Origin: an uncultured delta proteobacterium
Lineage (GTDB): Bacteria > Desulfobacterota > Binatia > Binatales > Binataceae
Direction of reading: 5' to 3'
NCBI GenBank assembly: GCA_963711565.1
Contig: CAVQEQ010000001.1
Coordinates: 1,120,001-1,184,000 of the forward strand
DNA: 64,000 bases
Shown here: in pieces, positions 31,657-42,406 of the stretch
How positions within the stretch are numbered: the stretch's first letter is position 1
Layout: every line of letters begins with the position of its first letter
Translations under genes and position numbers: made by a program
Notes under the pieces: model-generated
Told to the model about the DNA's origin: nothing
What the model saw: the letters and a program-made list of their open reading frames with translations, nothing else
The model's database searches: none

Positions 31657-32493
31657 TCACGATACTCCGTACTGCTTGAACCAGGATTGCATTCGCTTCC
31701 ATCCATCCTTAGCGGCTTGCGGATTGTAGCTGGGACGATAGTCGGCGTTGAAGCCGTGCCCGGCGTCGGGATAGATGACGATTTCAGACGGCTTGCCGGC
31801 AGCCTTAAGCGCCGCGCGCATCTGCTCGATTTGCGCAACCGGAATTCCCATATCCTTGCCGCCGTAGAGACCTAGAATGGGCGCGTTGATCTGATTCACC
31901 AAATCGATCGGATTCTTCGGCCTTAGGTCCGACGGCGGCATCTGTAGAGGTCCATACCATGCGACTCCCGCTCTCAGAGCAGGATTGTGCGCGCCGTAGA
32001 GCCAGACCTGACGGCCGCCCCAGCAAAAGCCGGTGATGCCGAGTTTGATCGTGTCGGCCTTACCCGTGCTTTTCGCCCATGCCACGGTCGCGTCGAGATC
32101 GGATGCAACTTGTTGGTCGGGCACCTTCGCGACGACCATCGCGATGATCTGATGTATGTCACTCATGCTCGCGACATCGCCCTCGCGCGAATAGAGCAGC
32201 GGCGCAACCGCGAAGAAGCCGAGCTTGGCAAGGCGCCGGCAGATGTCCTTGATATGTTCGTGGACGCCGAAGATCTCGTGCACCACCAGCACGGTCGGAA
32301 AAGGACCGCCGCTCGCCGGCATCGCGCGATACGCGGGAGTCTCGCCTCCTTCGACCGGAATCTTGACCTCGCCGGCGATGAGTCCGTTGCTGTCAGTCGT
32401 AATCGTGTCGGCCGACACCGGTATCACCGCCAGCGCGAAGCCGGCCGCGAGACTTCCTACAACGAACGCGCGACGCGAGAGTTGAGTTTTCAT
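31657..32493 (-). CDS. Dienelactone hydrolase family protein with Tat-like signal
   Basis: [35 protein letters not shown]. Confidence 0.92.
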   Translation of the reverse strand: MKTQLSRRAFVVGSLAAGFALAVIPVSADTITTDSNGLIAGEVKIPVEGGETPAYRAMPASGGPFPTVLVVHEIFGVHEHIKDICRRLAKLGFFAVAPLLYSREGDVASMSDIHQIIAMVVAKVPDQQVASDLDATVAWAKSTGKADTIKLGITGFCWGGRQVWLYGAHNPALRAGVAWYGPLQMPPSDLRPKNPIDLVNQINAPILGLYGGKDMGIPVAQIEQMRAALKAAGKPSEIVIYPDAGHGFNADYRPSYNPQAAKDGWKRMQSWFKQYGVS

Positions 32494-32515
32494 ATTTTCA
32501 ATTTCTGCAAGACGG

Positions 32516-33463
32516 TTAGCTGGAACGCAAGGGAGTTTCGCGCATGAAGCGGATGGTGTCGTCCAAATCGCGGATGCCGGCGTCCGAGCCCAGGCCTTGC
32601 GCAACCAACGCCGCGGCGGCATTGCCGAGCTTCATGCATTCCAACGGCGGCCATCCCAGCCGTAACGCGCGGATGAAGCCGGCGCAGTACGCGTCGCCGC
32701 ATCCCGATGTGTCGACGACTGAAATATCGTGCGCCGCCAGATGCACCCGCTCGTGCGAGGTCGTCAGCAGGCTGCCGCCGCCGCCCATCGTAAGTACGAC
32801 TCCACCCGCGCCGAAGAGCAACAACTGCATCGCCGCCTGTTCGGGTGTGGATGTCTCCGTCAAGTTGCAAGCTTGATCGGCGTTGGGCATGAACCAATCG
32901 ACGAACGGCAGCGCCGGCTTCAGGATCGTGAGCAGTTTCGGCGAGCCTTCGCTCAGAATGTCCATGCTGGTGGTCGCGCCGCCGTCACGCGCGCGCCGCA
33001 ATATCTGCACAGCACCATCGCGCCCGAGTCCACGCATCGAATCGGTGCCGCCGAGATGCAGATGCGACGCGCTCTCGATCAACGGCCACGGTACATCGTC
33101 GATCGAATAGACGGCGTTGGCTCCTATCGCATGCAGCGCGGGCCGATCGCCGTTCGGCCTGATCGGCAGGATGCTCGCTGAGGTCTGGACGCCGGGCTTG
33201 CGGACGACGTGACTGGTATCGACGCCGTAACCGTTCAGCGCGCGGATGAGCACGTCGCCAAGCGCGTCGTCGCCGACCGCGCCGACAGTGGCAACCGAGA
33301 GTCCCAATTTCGCGAGGCCGACCGCAGTGCCCGCCGCGGATCCGGCCGGCGCGAGGCGAATCTCGTCGAGCAGCACGCTGCCCTGCCCCTCGGGGATGTG
33401 CGTGACGAAGCGGCCGAGGATGTCGAGGACGTGCGCGCCCAGCGTCACCACTTCGGCGTTCAT
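32516..33463 (-). CDS. PfkB family carbohydrate kinase
   Basis: [36 protein letters not shown]. Confidence 0.92.
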   Translation of the reverse strand: MNAEVVTLGAHVLDILGRFVTHIPEGQGSVLLDEIRLAPAGSAAGTAVGLAKLGLSVATVGAVGDDALGDVLIRALNGYGVDTSHVVRKPGVQTSASILPIRPNGDRPALHAIGANAVYSIDDVPWPLIESASHLHLGGTDSMRGLGRDGAVQILRRARDGGATTSMDILSEGSPKLLTILKPALPFVDWFMPNADQACNLTETSTPEQAAMQLLLFGAGGVVLTMGGGGSLLTTSHERVHLAAHDISVVDTSGCGDAYCAGFIRALRLGWPPLECMKLGNAAAALVAQGLGSDAGIRDLDDTIRFMRETPLRSS

Positions 33464-34152
33464 CAGTGATTCGTCTGCTTGCGCGCGATTTCGCGATCCT
33501 GCCGCGCGATGACCGCGGCGTGAAGTTGCGCGACGGTTTTTTCAGGCAGAACGGTGATTGGTTTGCCGGTCGCGAGCGCCTGCATATAGATGTGCGCGGA
33601 TTTCTCGAGCAGCTCGACAAAGGTGAACGTCTTGTCGAGGTCGGTGCCGATACAGAGCGTGCCGTGGTTCTGAAGTATGTAGCAGTGGCATCGATTGGCG
33701 AGCTTGCGCGCGACGTTGTCGTGCAGCTCGCGCGTTCCCGAAAGGGCGTAAGGCACAACGTCGATCACGTTGCCTATCGCCAGCGTGACTTCGTCGAACA
33801 GCGGCGGGATCGGCTGATTCAGTATGCTGAGCGCGCTCGCAAACGTCTGATGAGTATGGATGACGGCGCTCACGTCGGCGCGAGCCTTGTAGGTCGCGAT
33901 GTGCATCGGAGTTTCGATCGACGGTTTGTGCTCACCCTCGATTGGCGCGAGGTCGAAGTCCACGACGCAGATATCTGCGACCGCCATCACGTCGTACTGC
34001 ATGCGCGTCGGCGTGACGACAACGGCGTCCTCGCCTTCGACGAGCATCGAGACGTTGCCGGCGCTGCCCGACTTTGATCCGAAGTAACCGTCTGCAGACA
34101 GCCGCTGGCTGATGCGCAAGACTCGCTGCTTGTAATCGTCGTAGCGTCCCAT
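33463..34152 (-). CDS. Class II aldolase/adducin family protein
   Basis: AGNVS, TPT, PSIETPMH, HTH, NHG. Confidence 0.92.
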   Translation of the reverse strand: MGRYDDYKQRVLRISQRLSADGYFGSKSGSAGNVSMLVEGEDAVVVTPTRMQYDVMAVADICVVDFDLAPIEGEHKPSIETPMHIATYKARADVSAVIHTHQTFASALSILNQPIPPLFDEVTLAIGNVIDVVPYALSGTRELHDNVARKLANRCHCYILQNHGTLCIGTDLDKTFTFVELLEKSAHIYMQALATGKPITVLPEKTVAQLHAAVIARQDREIARKQTNH

Positions 34153-34223
34153 CTCGGAAAAAAAGCGCCCCCGGGTACCGCTCGAATCTTACGATACCGC
34201 GGGGACGACTTTACTCAAACAGA

Positions 34224-35633
34224 CTACGAAAGCTTGACCGAGTTCACGACCTGGATTTCGGTGAAGCCCATCAGGCCCCAAGTGCCGTTCTCCACGCCGA
34301 TGCCGGACCACTTCGCGCCGCCAAACGGCAGATTCGGCGCGATCGCAAGATGCTGATTGACCCACGCCGAACCGCATTCGAGCTGCGACGCGACCTCTGC
34401 GCCGCGCGCCGAATCGTTGGACCATACCGAACCGCTCAGGCCGAAGTGAGTCGAGTTCGCACGGCGAACCGCGTCGTTGACATCCTTGTAAGGAATGATC
34501 GGCAGCGCGGGGCCGAACTGCTCTTCATCGACGAGCCGCACGCCGTCGGAAATATTTCCGACGATCGTCGGCGCGAAGAAGTAGCCTTCCTTACCGACGC
34601 GCGAGCCGCCCGTGACAATCTTTGCGCCGTGCTTCTTCGCGTCCTCGACCAGCTCGGTCACGCGCTCGAACTGCATTTTGTTGTTGATCGGGCCGAGCTG
34701 GGTGCCGGCCTCGAGCCCGTCGCCCACCTTGACGCCCTTCGCGATTTCGCCGAGGTTGTCGACCAACGCGTTGTACATCTGCTCAGGAACGTACACGCGC
34801 TTGATCGCACTGCAGATTTGTCCCGAGTTCTCGAACGCACCCCAGAAAATTTTCGGCGCGACGACCGCGGGATCCACGTCCGCCAAAATGATCGCGGCGT
34901 CGTTGCCGCCGAGCTCCAGCGTAACTCGCTTCAAATCGGGCGCGGCCGCGGCGGCGACTCGCTTGCCGGTCTCGACCGAGCCGGTGAACGAAATTTTTCG
35001 CGGTATCGGATGACTGGTCATCCACGAGCCGAGCTCGTCGCCGCCCGATACGACGTTGAGGACGCCGGGCGGAACGATGTCGCGCAGAATCTCGCCGAGC
35101 ATCAGCGTCGTAATCGGAGTGTACGGCGACGGCTTCAGCACGATGGTGTTGCCGGCGAGCAGCGCGGGCGCGATCTTCCACATCCCGAGCATGATCGGAT
35201 AGTTCCACGGCGTGATCGCGGCGACGACGCCGAGCGGTTTGCGCTTGATTTCGATTTTGCTGTCTGGCGTGTCCATCAGCACTTCGGCGGGCAAGTCGAG
35301 CATGGCGGTGAATGCGCACCACATCGAGGTGAGCATGATTTCCTGCGCCGCCTTGTCCAGCGGCTTGCCCTGCTCGAGCGTGAGAGTGCGCGCCAATCCT
35401 TCAGGCGGCTGTTGCAACGCGGCGGCGCAATCCTGGAGGACCTTGCGGCGCGCGTTGATGTCCTTGCTCCAACCGGGGAAGGCTTTTTGCGCGGCCGACA
35501 TCGCCTGATCGAGTTCAGCTTTCGAGCAATCGGGAACCTCGGCAAAGATTTTTCCGGTGGCGGGATTGATCACGCCAGTGGTTTTCGATCCCTTCACCGA
35601 CTTGCCGTCGATAGTCATGGTGTATCCGGGCAT
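34224..35633 (-). CDS. Aldehyde dehydrogenase
   Basis: ITPWNYP, KPS, FTGS, LELGGND, NSGQIC, EEQFGP; AAGGAG RBS before MPGY. Confidence 0.95.
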   Translation of the reverse strand: MPGYTMTIDGKSVKGSKTTGVINPATGKIFAEVPDCSKAELDQAMSAAQKAFPGWSKDINARRKVLQDCAAALQQPPEGLARTLTLEQGKPLDKAAQEIMLTSMWCAFTAMLDLPAEVLMDTPDSKIEIKRKPLGVVAAITPWNYPIMLGMWKIAPALLAGNTIVLKPSPYTPITTLMLGEILRDIVPPGVLNVVSGGDELGSWMTSHPIPRKISFTGSVETGKRVAAAAAPDLKRVTLELGGNDAAIILADVDPAVVAPKIFWGAFENSGQICSAIKRVYVPEQMYNALVDNLGEIAKGVKVGDGLEAGTQLGPINNKMQFERVTELVEDAKKHGAKIVTGGSRVGKEGYFFAPTIVGNISDGVRLVDEEQFGPALPIIPYKDVNDAVRRANSTHFGLSGSVWSNDSARGAEVASQLECGSAWVNQHLAIAPNLPFGGAKWSGIGVENGTWGLMGFTEIQVVNSVKLS

Positions 35634-35744
35634 GTGAGTCTCCTTGTACGCGGGAATCCGTGTGGGCAAACGTAATTGATTCATTACAACGCCGGTCGCA
35701 TTGCACGCAAACCGGCGTCGCGCCGACGATCAGCCGGCGGTTTC

Positions 35745-37115
35745 CTAGCTCAGGCCGGCGACCTTCAGCGCTTTTCGCTTGGCGCCTTTCAGGTCGTAAT
35801 ACCTGCGTGTGACGATTCGCTGCGCGTAGAGACCGCCGCCTGCCTGGACGTTGGTGACGGCCTTCCAGCCGCCGTATGCGTCGGCAGTCAGATCGCGGAT
35901 CGCGTGAAACAACCGCGCCCGATATTCGCCGTCGATTCCATTGCTCGTGCCCATATATTTGCGGACGAGCGGGCCGGTCACTTCGTTTTCGAGATCGGCG
36001 ACGCCCGGCGCAGTCAAGATCGAGCCGCCCGAGATGTCGTGCAGGTGCCGCACCATCAGGTTGTAGTTCGCCGCGCCGTGATACTTGCCGGCGTTGGTGT
36101 AGAGTTCGTCGGGAAACGCGCCTTGCTCCGTAATCTGGCAGTTCGCGATTGCGGCCTCGAGCGCCGCGCGAATCAAAGTGGCGTGGATCAGCATCTCGGA
36201 GATCTTCTCCTTGATGTGCCCTTCGCCCGCCAGACCGTTGGCTTCCGCGACGAGTTGCGCGAAGCCGACCAGCTGATCGCCTTCCTCCGCCATCGCTGAA
36301 AGACCGCCAAGTCGCTCCCAGAGCCCGAGCGAATGCGCGAAGACGGCGGCCTGCTGCACCGCACCATCGAGGAAGATGCGTTCATTCGGCACGAACACGT
36401 TGTCGAGGATTACGAATCCTTCGGCCATGTGGACTTTCGCCGAGACCGGGAACGTGCGCGTGTCGGGATGGCGCGGCGCAAAAGTCGTGTCGATAATCTT
36501 GACGCCGGGCGAGTTGACCGGCACCGCGCATCCGATCGCGTAAGCTTCCTCGCCGGGCTTCATCGCTTTGGTCGGGATCACCATCAGGTCATGCGCCATC
36601 GACGCGCCGGTGATGTGCAGCTTGGCGCCGCGGATCACGACGCCGTCGGCGCGCCGCTCAACCACGCGGGTGTAAGCGTCGGGATCGTCCTGCTTGCCGG
36701 GAGGACGCGAGCGATCGCCCTTCGCATCCGTGATGCATTCGACGATGCGCACATCCTTGCGCTGCGCGGCCTGCACGTAGTTGCGGATGCGCTCCGCATA
36801 TTCAGGCAGTGCGTCCGCGATACGCGTGGCCGCAGTGGTCAGCGTCATGATCGACTGGTAAGTCACGTTGGCAACGATGTCGGATTCGAGCAGCAGCGGA
36901 ATCCGGTCGCGCAATTCATTTGCCGAGCGCGGAATTCTCATCAGCGGGCTGACCGCCCCGGGCTCGGGCGAGTAAAATTTGTCGTAGCCCTCCGCTATTC
37001 GCGAGACGCATTCGCCGAGCAGCGGATGATTGACGATGTCGCGCACGCGCTCGCCTTCGAAGTAGGTTTCGCGGTTGTCATCGAGCGACTTCTTGTACTG
37101 CTGTCCGGTCATCAT
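35745..37115 (-). CDS. HpaB / 4-hydroxybutyryl-CoA dehydratase superfamily flavoprotein
   Basis: YKKSLDDNRETYFEGERV, ITDAKGDRS, IRGAKLHITG, DNVFVPNERIF. Confidence 0.85.
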   Translation of the reverse strand: MMTGQQYKKSLDDNRETYFEGERVRDIVNHPLLGECVSRIAEGYDKFYSPEPGAVSPLMRIPRSANELRDRIPLLLESDIVANVTYQSIMTLTTAATRIADALPEYAERIRNYVQAAQRKDVRIVECITDAKGDRSRPPGKQDDPDAYTRVVERRADGVVIRGAKLHITGASMAHDLMVIPTKAMKPGEEAYAIGCAVPVNSPGVKIIDTTFAPRHPDTRTFPVSAKVHMAEGFVILDNVFVPNERIFLDGAVQQAAVFAHSLGLWERLGGLSAMAEEGDQLVGFAQLVAEANGLAGEGHIKEKISEMLIHATLIRAALEAAIANCQITEQGAFPDELYTNAGKYHGAANYNLMVRHLHDISGGSILTAPGVADLENEVTGPLVRKYMGTSNGIDGEYRARLFHAIRDLTADAYGGWKAVTNVQAGGGLYAQRIVTRRYYDLKGAKRKALKVAGLS

Positions 37116-37289
37116 CGCAGCTATCTCTCCTTAAACGGTCGTTCAATTGGCCCAAGTCTCGCTCAGAACAAGCTCGCTGTACAAGCGCTGCGGCCCAACG
37201 AGCCTTAACTCGCGTTGACTCAGCGTAAACGAACCTGCGACTTCTAACGTCCAACGCCCTGTAACTCTCTTGAGGGGGACACCGGAACT

Positions 37290-38039
37290 TTGCGGCAGTA
37301 TAGAAATTTAATCGTGACGACCCTTGTTCTCTCGTGCTTGTTTCGAGCGTCAGCCTCCGCTGCCGCGCCTGAGTCGCAGTTCTTCGATGCCAAGGGCGTC
37401 AAGATTCACTACCTGGTTGATGGCACCGGCGAGCCGGTCATCCTGATCCACGGCCTGGACTCGAGTGCCAAGCTCAATTGGGAATTGCCGGGAATAATTG
37501 ACGGCGTGGCCGTGGACCACAGGGTCATAGCACTTGATCTGCCGGGCTACGGCCAATCGGACAAGCCGTCCGATCCCGGGGCCTATGGCCAACAATGGGT
37601 CGCGGACGTGATCCTGCTGATGGATCATCTGAAGATTGAGAAGGCGCATATTGTCGGCTACTCGATGGGCGGCATGGTCGCGTTGAAACTCATCGCTGAG
37701 CATCCCGACCGCGTTATCTCCGGGACGCTCGGCGGCATGGGATGGTTACGCGAGGGCAGCATTCTCCAAAGGATCTGGACCCATATGCGCAGCGTCGGTG
37801 CGAGGAGTATCAGCGAGCTGGCGTTGACCGAAGATGAATTGAAATCAATCCGCGTCCCGGTCGAAATCCTCGTCGGCGATCGCGACCCGATGAAAAAGTT
37901 GTACGTGATGCCGCTGCAGAGCGTGCGCAGCGATTGGCAGGTAATCGAAATTCAGGGAGCCGGTCATATTACATGCATCATGAAGAAACAATTCCTCGAA
38001 GAACTCGAGAAGTGGCTGGACTCGAATCGCCTTAGGTAA
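37290..38039 (+). CDS. Secreted alpha/beta hydrolase
   Basis: Signal peptide; LIHG, DLPGYGQS, GYSMGG, GDRD, GAGH. Confidence 0.88.
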   Translation: MRQYRNLIVTTLVLSCLFRASASAAAPESQFFDAKGVKIHYLVDGTGEPVILIHGLDSSAKLNWELPGIIDGVAVDHRVIALDLPGYGQSDKPSDPGAYGQQWVADVILLMDHLKIEKAHIVGYSMGGMVALKLIAEHPDRVISGTLGGMGWLREGSILQRIWTHMRSVGARSISELALTEDELKSIRVPVEILVGDRDPMKKLYVMPLQSVRSDWQVIEIQGAGHITCIMKKQFLEELEKWLDSNRLR

Positions 38040-38084
38040 ATTGATCCTTACGTCAAGTTTGGCAAAGCGCGACAATTGTGCGCG

Positions 38085-39491
38085 ATGCCTGAGTTTGATT
38101 TCGATCTCGCGGTCGTCGGCTCCGGGCCCGCCGGACATCATGCGGCCATCCAGGGCGCCAAGCTGCGCAAACGCGTCATCATGATCGAGCGCAAAGCGCT
38201 CGTCGGCGGCATCTGTGTCAATGTCGGCACGATTCCAAGCAAGACGATGCGCGAAGCGATCATGTATCTGTCGGGTTATCGCGAGCACGCGGTCTATGGC
38301 GATTCGTACCGGGTCAAGGAAAAAATCACGTTCCAGGACTTGCTGGTCCGGGTCGATCCGGTGGTGCGCCATGAGATCGACGTGTTGCGGCATCAGCTCT
38401 TGCGCAACGGCGTCGAGCTGACCACGGCGAGTGCGAGCTTTGTCGATCCGCACGTGCTCCACCTCGAAGATAAAGCGAGCGGAATGCAGAGACGGATTTC
38501 CGCCGCAACGATTGTTCTGGCCGTAGGGACCCACGCCGCTAAAGACAAGCGGACGCCGCTCGATGGAACCTGCATCTTCTCGAGCGACGACATGATGCAG
38601 CTCGACGAGCTGCCGCGCACGCTCGCGGTAATTGGCGCGGGCGTGATCGGATGCGAATACGCGAGCATGTTCGCGGCGCTCGGCGTGCGGGTGACGCTGA
38701 TCGACATGCGGCCGCGGCTGCTGGACTTCGTCGATGCGGAAATAGTCGAGAGTCTCATCTACCACTTGCGCGAGCGGCGCGTGACGTTGCGCCTGGGCGA
38801 AGAAGTCTCGAGCATCGAGGTGATCCGCGAGAACGGGATGAACCGCGTGCGCACCTGCCTGGCAAGCGGCAAACAGATCATCACCGACAAGGCTTTGTCG
38901 AGCACGGGCCGCAACGGTGCGACCAGCGAGCTGAATCTCGCCGCGGCCGGCCTCGCAACCGACGCGCGCGGCCGGATGAAAACCAACGGCGACTACCAGA
39001 CCGCGGTCGAGCACATCTACGCGGTCGGCGATGTCGTCGGATTTCCCAGCCTCGCGTCAACTTCGAAAGAGCAGGGCCGAATCGCGGTCTGCCGGGCGTT
39101 CAAGGTTCCCGCACATCACGCGCCGGAACTCTTTCCCTACGGCATCTACACGATTCCCGAAATCTCATTCGTCGGCGCAACTGAGGAAAGCCTGACCAAC
39201 CAGGGCGTCCCCTACGAGATCGGCAAGGCCGCTTACCGCGAAACCGCGCGGGGCCACATTATCGGCGACAGCAGTGGAGTCCTGAAGCTGCTGTTTCATC
39301 GCGAGACGCGCGAACTGCTCGGCGTGCATATCATCGGCGATGGCGCCGTCGAGCTCGTGCACATCGGTCAGGCTGTGATCTCGCTGAAGGGCACTATCGA
39401 CTACTTCGTGAATACGGTTTTCAACTACCCGACGCTCGCCGAATGCTACAAGAACGCGGCGCTCGACGGCATCAACCGCCTGAGCGCCTAG
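38085..39491 (+). CDS. sthA: Soluble pyridine nucleotide transhydrogenase
   Basis: GSGPAG, GGICVNVGTIPSK (single Cys), GAGVIGCEYAS, GIYTIPEIS, FNYPTLAECYK. Confidence 0.93.
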   Translation: MPEFDFDLAVVGSGPAGHHAAIQGAKLRKRVIMIERKALVGGICVNVGTIPSKTMREAIMYLSGYREHAVYGDSYRVKEKITFQDLLVRVDPVVRHEIDVLRHQLLRNGVELTTASASFVDPHVLHLEDKASGMQRRISAATIVLAVGTHAAKDKRTPLDGTCIFSSDDMMQLDELPRTLAVIGAGVIGCEYASMFAALGVRVTLIDMRPRLLDFVDAEIVESLIYHLRERRVTLRLGEEVSSIEVIRENGMNRVRTCLASGKQIITDKALSSTGRNGATSELNLAAAGLATDARGRMKTNGDYQTAVEHIYAVGDVVGFPSLASTSKEQGRIAVCRAFKVPAHHAPELFPYGIYTIPEISFVGATEESLTNQGVPYEIGKAAYRETARGHIIGDSSGVLKLLFHRETRELLGVHIIGDGAVELVHIGQAVISLKGTIDYFVNTVFNYPTLAECYKNAALDGINRLSA

Positions 39492-42355
39492 CCAATCGCG
39501 CCGATCTCGTAAGTGATCGCGGTACCGATCCGGCGGGCCAAATCAAACAGCCTCAGCATCGGACCGAACACCGTATTGTGCTCGATCTCGTACGACAGCG
39601 CAGGCTCCGGCCGGTATTGTGATTTCTCGCCGAAGTCGTGGGGCGTATCCGCGACGCCCTCGTCATGCGGAAAAATCAGGCGCAGGCGTTCGACCGCGCT
39701 CGGCACGTCCAGCTCCAGGATTCGCGCCAGGATATCGTCGCGGGTCACGCCGAGCTGCGGACTGAAATTCGGAATCTCCATCGCCAGCAGGCAAATCCGC
39801 TGGATCACCGCGACCCGGATTCCGTGCAGCAATATCAGACGCCGTCGCGGCGCGGTCTCGGCCGGCTCGATCGCGTCGAGCAGCCACAATTGATCCGACT
39901 GCAGGCGCCGCACCAGCCGGGCCAGCCTGTCATGCCGGTCGAGCTGTTCCGTCAGCCGGGCCAATTCGCGCAACGCCTTGGCCCTTGCTGGCCGCCGCGC
40001 GCGCCCCGCGCCATTGAGCCACATCGCGGGATTGAGCGTACTGATGTATGCGCGCAGCACGTCGATCTCGGTGCGATCGAGCGCCGCCGCGACCATCTGC
40101 ACCGCGCGGCGAAAACGCGCCGACCGCTCGCGCATCGCCTGGAACATTTCCGGGTCCTTCGAGACCGCGCGCCCCACTCCGTGGAGCGTGACGGCCATGA
40201 AACCGAGTTGCTGCAGAATCGCGTTGTTCGGTATCGCCCGCAATTGCGACGGGTGCTCGATTTTCGACGGCCGCCCCCATTCTTCCGCCTCGCGCGCGAC
40301 CGGTCGCGACCCGGTCCGATAGAGCAGGTTCGTGCCGAACAGGCTCAGCAGCGCCGCATAGTCAGGATCGTCAACCAGGCTGCTGAACTCCTGCTGCACC
40401 GTCGCGAAGAATTCCGCCGAATAGTCCGGCGCTGCGTAAATCGGATCGTTGCCAGTCTCGTCGCTCACATCGAACGCGAAGTCGAGAATCTGCCGCATGC
40501 TCGCGGTCGCCGCGGCGGGAGTCAGGAACAGCAGGTAACCGTCGCCGCCCTGGAAACTGACTTCCTCTTTCACCCGCACCCCGCGCCGCTCGAACTCCGC
40601 GCGGCTGTTCGGCGGCGCCGCGTAGCGCAAGCGATCAGCGAAGGTCGATGGATGTCCGCCGCGGCCGATAGATTCTCCGTGGGTGTTGAACAGGATCGCT
40701 TCGAGCTTGGCCAGCCCATGCCGTTCGAGCAGTTGCGCGAGCCGCAGTCGCAGCCGCTCGATGCGAAACGTAGCCGCCATCTGGCCGATGAATCGCCCTG
40801 AATCTGAAAATCCGAATTGCACGCACAGCCGCCCCTGCTGTTCCAGGTACGCGCGATAGTGCGGGCTCTTCAGCGCCTCCTCGATCACCCGCTCGCCGCG
40901 CTCGAACGCCTCCTCGGTCTCGAACAGCGGCGAAATCTCGATGCGATCGGCCACCCCGAACAGCCGCGCATAGTAAAGCGCCGTCAGCAGCGTGAACCCG
41001 GTTTCCGTCTCCGCAATCAAAAACCGGATGGGCGTCTCGGCGTCGATGTACTTGACGATTTGCGCCACCGTCATCATTAGCCGCTTGGCCGACGCCCGTT
41101 CCTCCATCAGCGATTCGAAGCTGATCGTCAGCGGCCGCACGCGCCCGAGCAAATCGTTGATGATATTGAAGTACGATCGCCGATTCGCCGGATCCTTCGG
41201 CTCGGTCTCGAGGCCCACCAGGCGCCGCGCAGCGTTGTGCAACTGCGACGCGTTAAGCCGCACATGAATATGCGCCAGGCCCATGCCGTGCGTCCGCAAG
41301 CTCGCGCGTATTGCCAGCAACGCTTCGCGCCGTTCATCGTCGGGCGCCGCTACGAGGGTAGCTTCGATCGACGCGAGCATCGGCGCCGTCTCGACCAGCG
41401 CATGCGCGCGCCCCGACACCATCGCGCGGCCGAACGCCGCCGTGCATGCCGGATCGCGCTCGGCGGCGCCCAGCAATTCGATCTGACGCGCCACGGCTGC
41501 GCTCGCCGTCGCGAGCATCGCGGCGAGCGGTTCCAGTGACACCAGGAAATCGCCGCTCGCCGCGCGTTCGAGCGCGTCGACTTTGCCGCGATGGCGTTCG
41601 ATCATCGCGAGCTTGTCGGCCAAACGCGCCGCGATCGTCCGCGACCATGTGATATCAGTGCGCCCGTCCTGGTCGTATCCGACCCACGACGCCAGCGTGA
41701 CGAGGCGCGGTTCGAGTTTGGTCCAATCCTCCGGCCAGTGATCGCGAGCGACCCGCAGCGCCGTCCGATGCACTTCCTCGAGCGCATCATGCGCATGGTT
41801 GAGCGCCTCGGTCACCCATGCATGTTCGATCTCGAGCGACAGTTGGGCAGGCGGCCGATGATCCACTTGCGCCGCCGCTTCCATTCGCTCGTCGCGTCCC
41901 GCCTGATCGAGCGCGACGCCCGTGACCGTCTGATTCGTCGCCAGTTCGGCGAGGCTTCGCGCCAAGTCCAGCGTAATCGAAAACGTGGGATGAGCGGTGA
42001 AGACCACGCCGAAGACGACTCGGGAAATAGCCGCGCGAAAATCCTCGAAACCGCCCTCGCGCGCCTTTCTCTCGAGCAAATCCGCGAGCGCCCGCTCGTT
42101 CGCCGCGATCGCGGTTTCTCCAAGGTAATTCCTGAGCCGTTCGGCGCGGTCGGCAAACGTTTCCGCCGTCAATTGCCGCACCACGCGCTCGAGGCCGTCG
42201 AGATCGATCTCGCCGCGATCCATCCGCAGCATTAGATCGAGCGCGAACAGGAGAATTGGATTGCTGAACGGATCGGCCGACGCCTGCGTCCGCACACGAC
42301 TCATAATCGAGCCGAGCATCGCGGGATCGATCGCGCAGGGCGAAGATGTGGACAT
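39488..42355 (-). CDS. ppc: Phosphoenolpyruvate carboxylase (divergent type)
   Basis: VFTAHPT, SWVGYDQDG, PLFET, QFGFSDSG, HGESIGRGG, SFQGG, LRAIP. Confidence 0.85.
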   Translation of the reverse strand: MSTSSPCAIDPAMLGSIMSRVRTQASADPFSNPILLFALDLMLRMDRGEIDLDGLERVVRQLTAETFADRAERLRNYLGETAIAANERALADLLERKAREGGFEDFRAAISRVVFGVVFTAHPTFSITLDLARSLAELATNQTVTGVALDQAGRDERMEAAAQVDHRPPAQLSLEIEHAWVTEALNHAHDALEEVHRTALRVARDHWPEDWTKLEPRLVTLASWVGYDQDGRTDITWSRTIAARLADKLAMIERHRGKVDALERAASGDFLVSLEPLAAMLATASAAVARQIELLGAAERDPACTAAFGRAMVSGRAHALVETAPMLASIEATLVAAPDDERREALLAIRASLRTHGMGLAHIHVRLNASQLHNAARRLVGLETEPKDPANRRSYFNIINDLLGRVRPLTISFESLMEERASAKRLMMTVAQIVKYIDAETPIRFLIAETETGFTLLTALYYARLFGVADRIEISPLFETEEAFERGERVIEEALKSPHYRAYLEQQGRLCVQFGFSDSGRFIGQMAATFRIERLRLRLAQLLERHGLAKLEAILFNTHGESIGRGGHPSTFADRLRYAAPPNSRAEFERRGVRVKEEVSFQGGDGYLLFLTPAAATASMRQILDFAFDVSDETGNDPIYAAPDYSAEFFATVQQEFSSLVDDPDYAALLSLFGTNLLYRTGSRPVAREAEEWGRPSKIEHPSQLRAIPNNAILQQLGFMAVTLHGVGRAVSKDPEMFQAMRERSARFRRAVQMVAAALDRTEIDVLRAYISTLNPAMWLNGAGRARRPARAKALRELARLTEQLDRHDRLARLVRRLQSDQLWLLDAIEPAETAPRRRLILLHGIRVAVIQRICLLAMEIPNFSPQLGVTRDDILARILELDVPSAVERLRLIFPHDEGVADTPHDFGEKSQYRPEPALSYEIEHNTVFGPMLRLFDLARRIGTAITYEIGAIG

Positions 42356-42406
42356 TTCACGGCGATCGTAGCCGACGAAAAAAGTTATGGCACACGCCTT
42401 CCAGAG

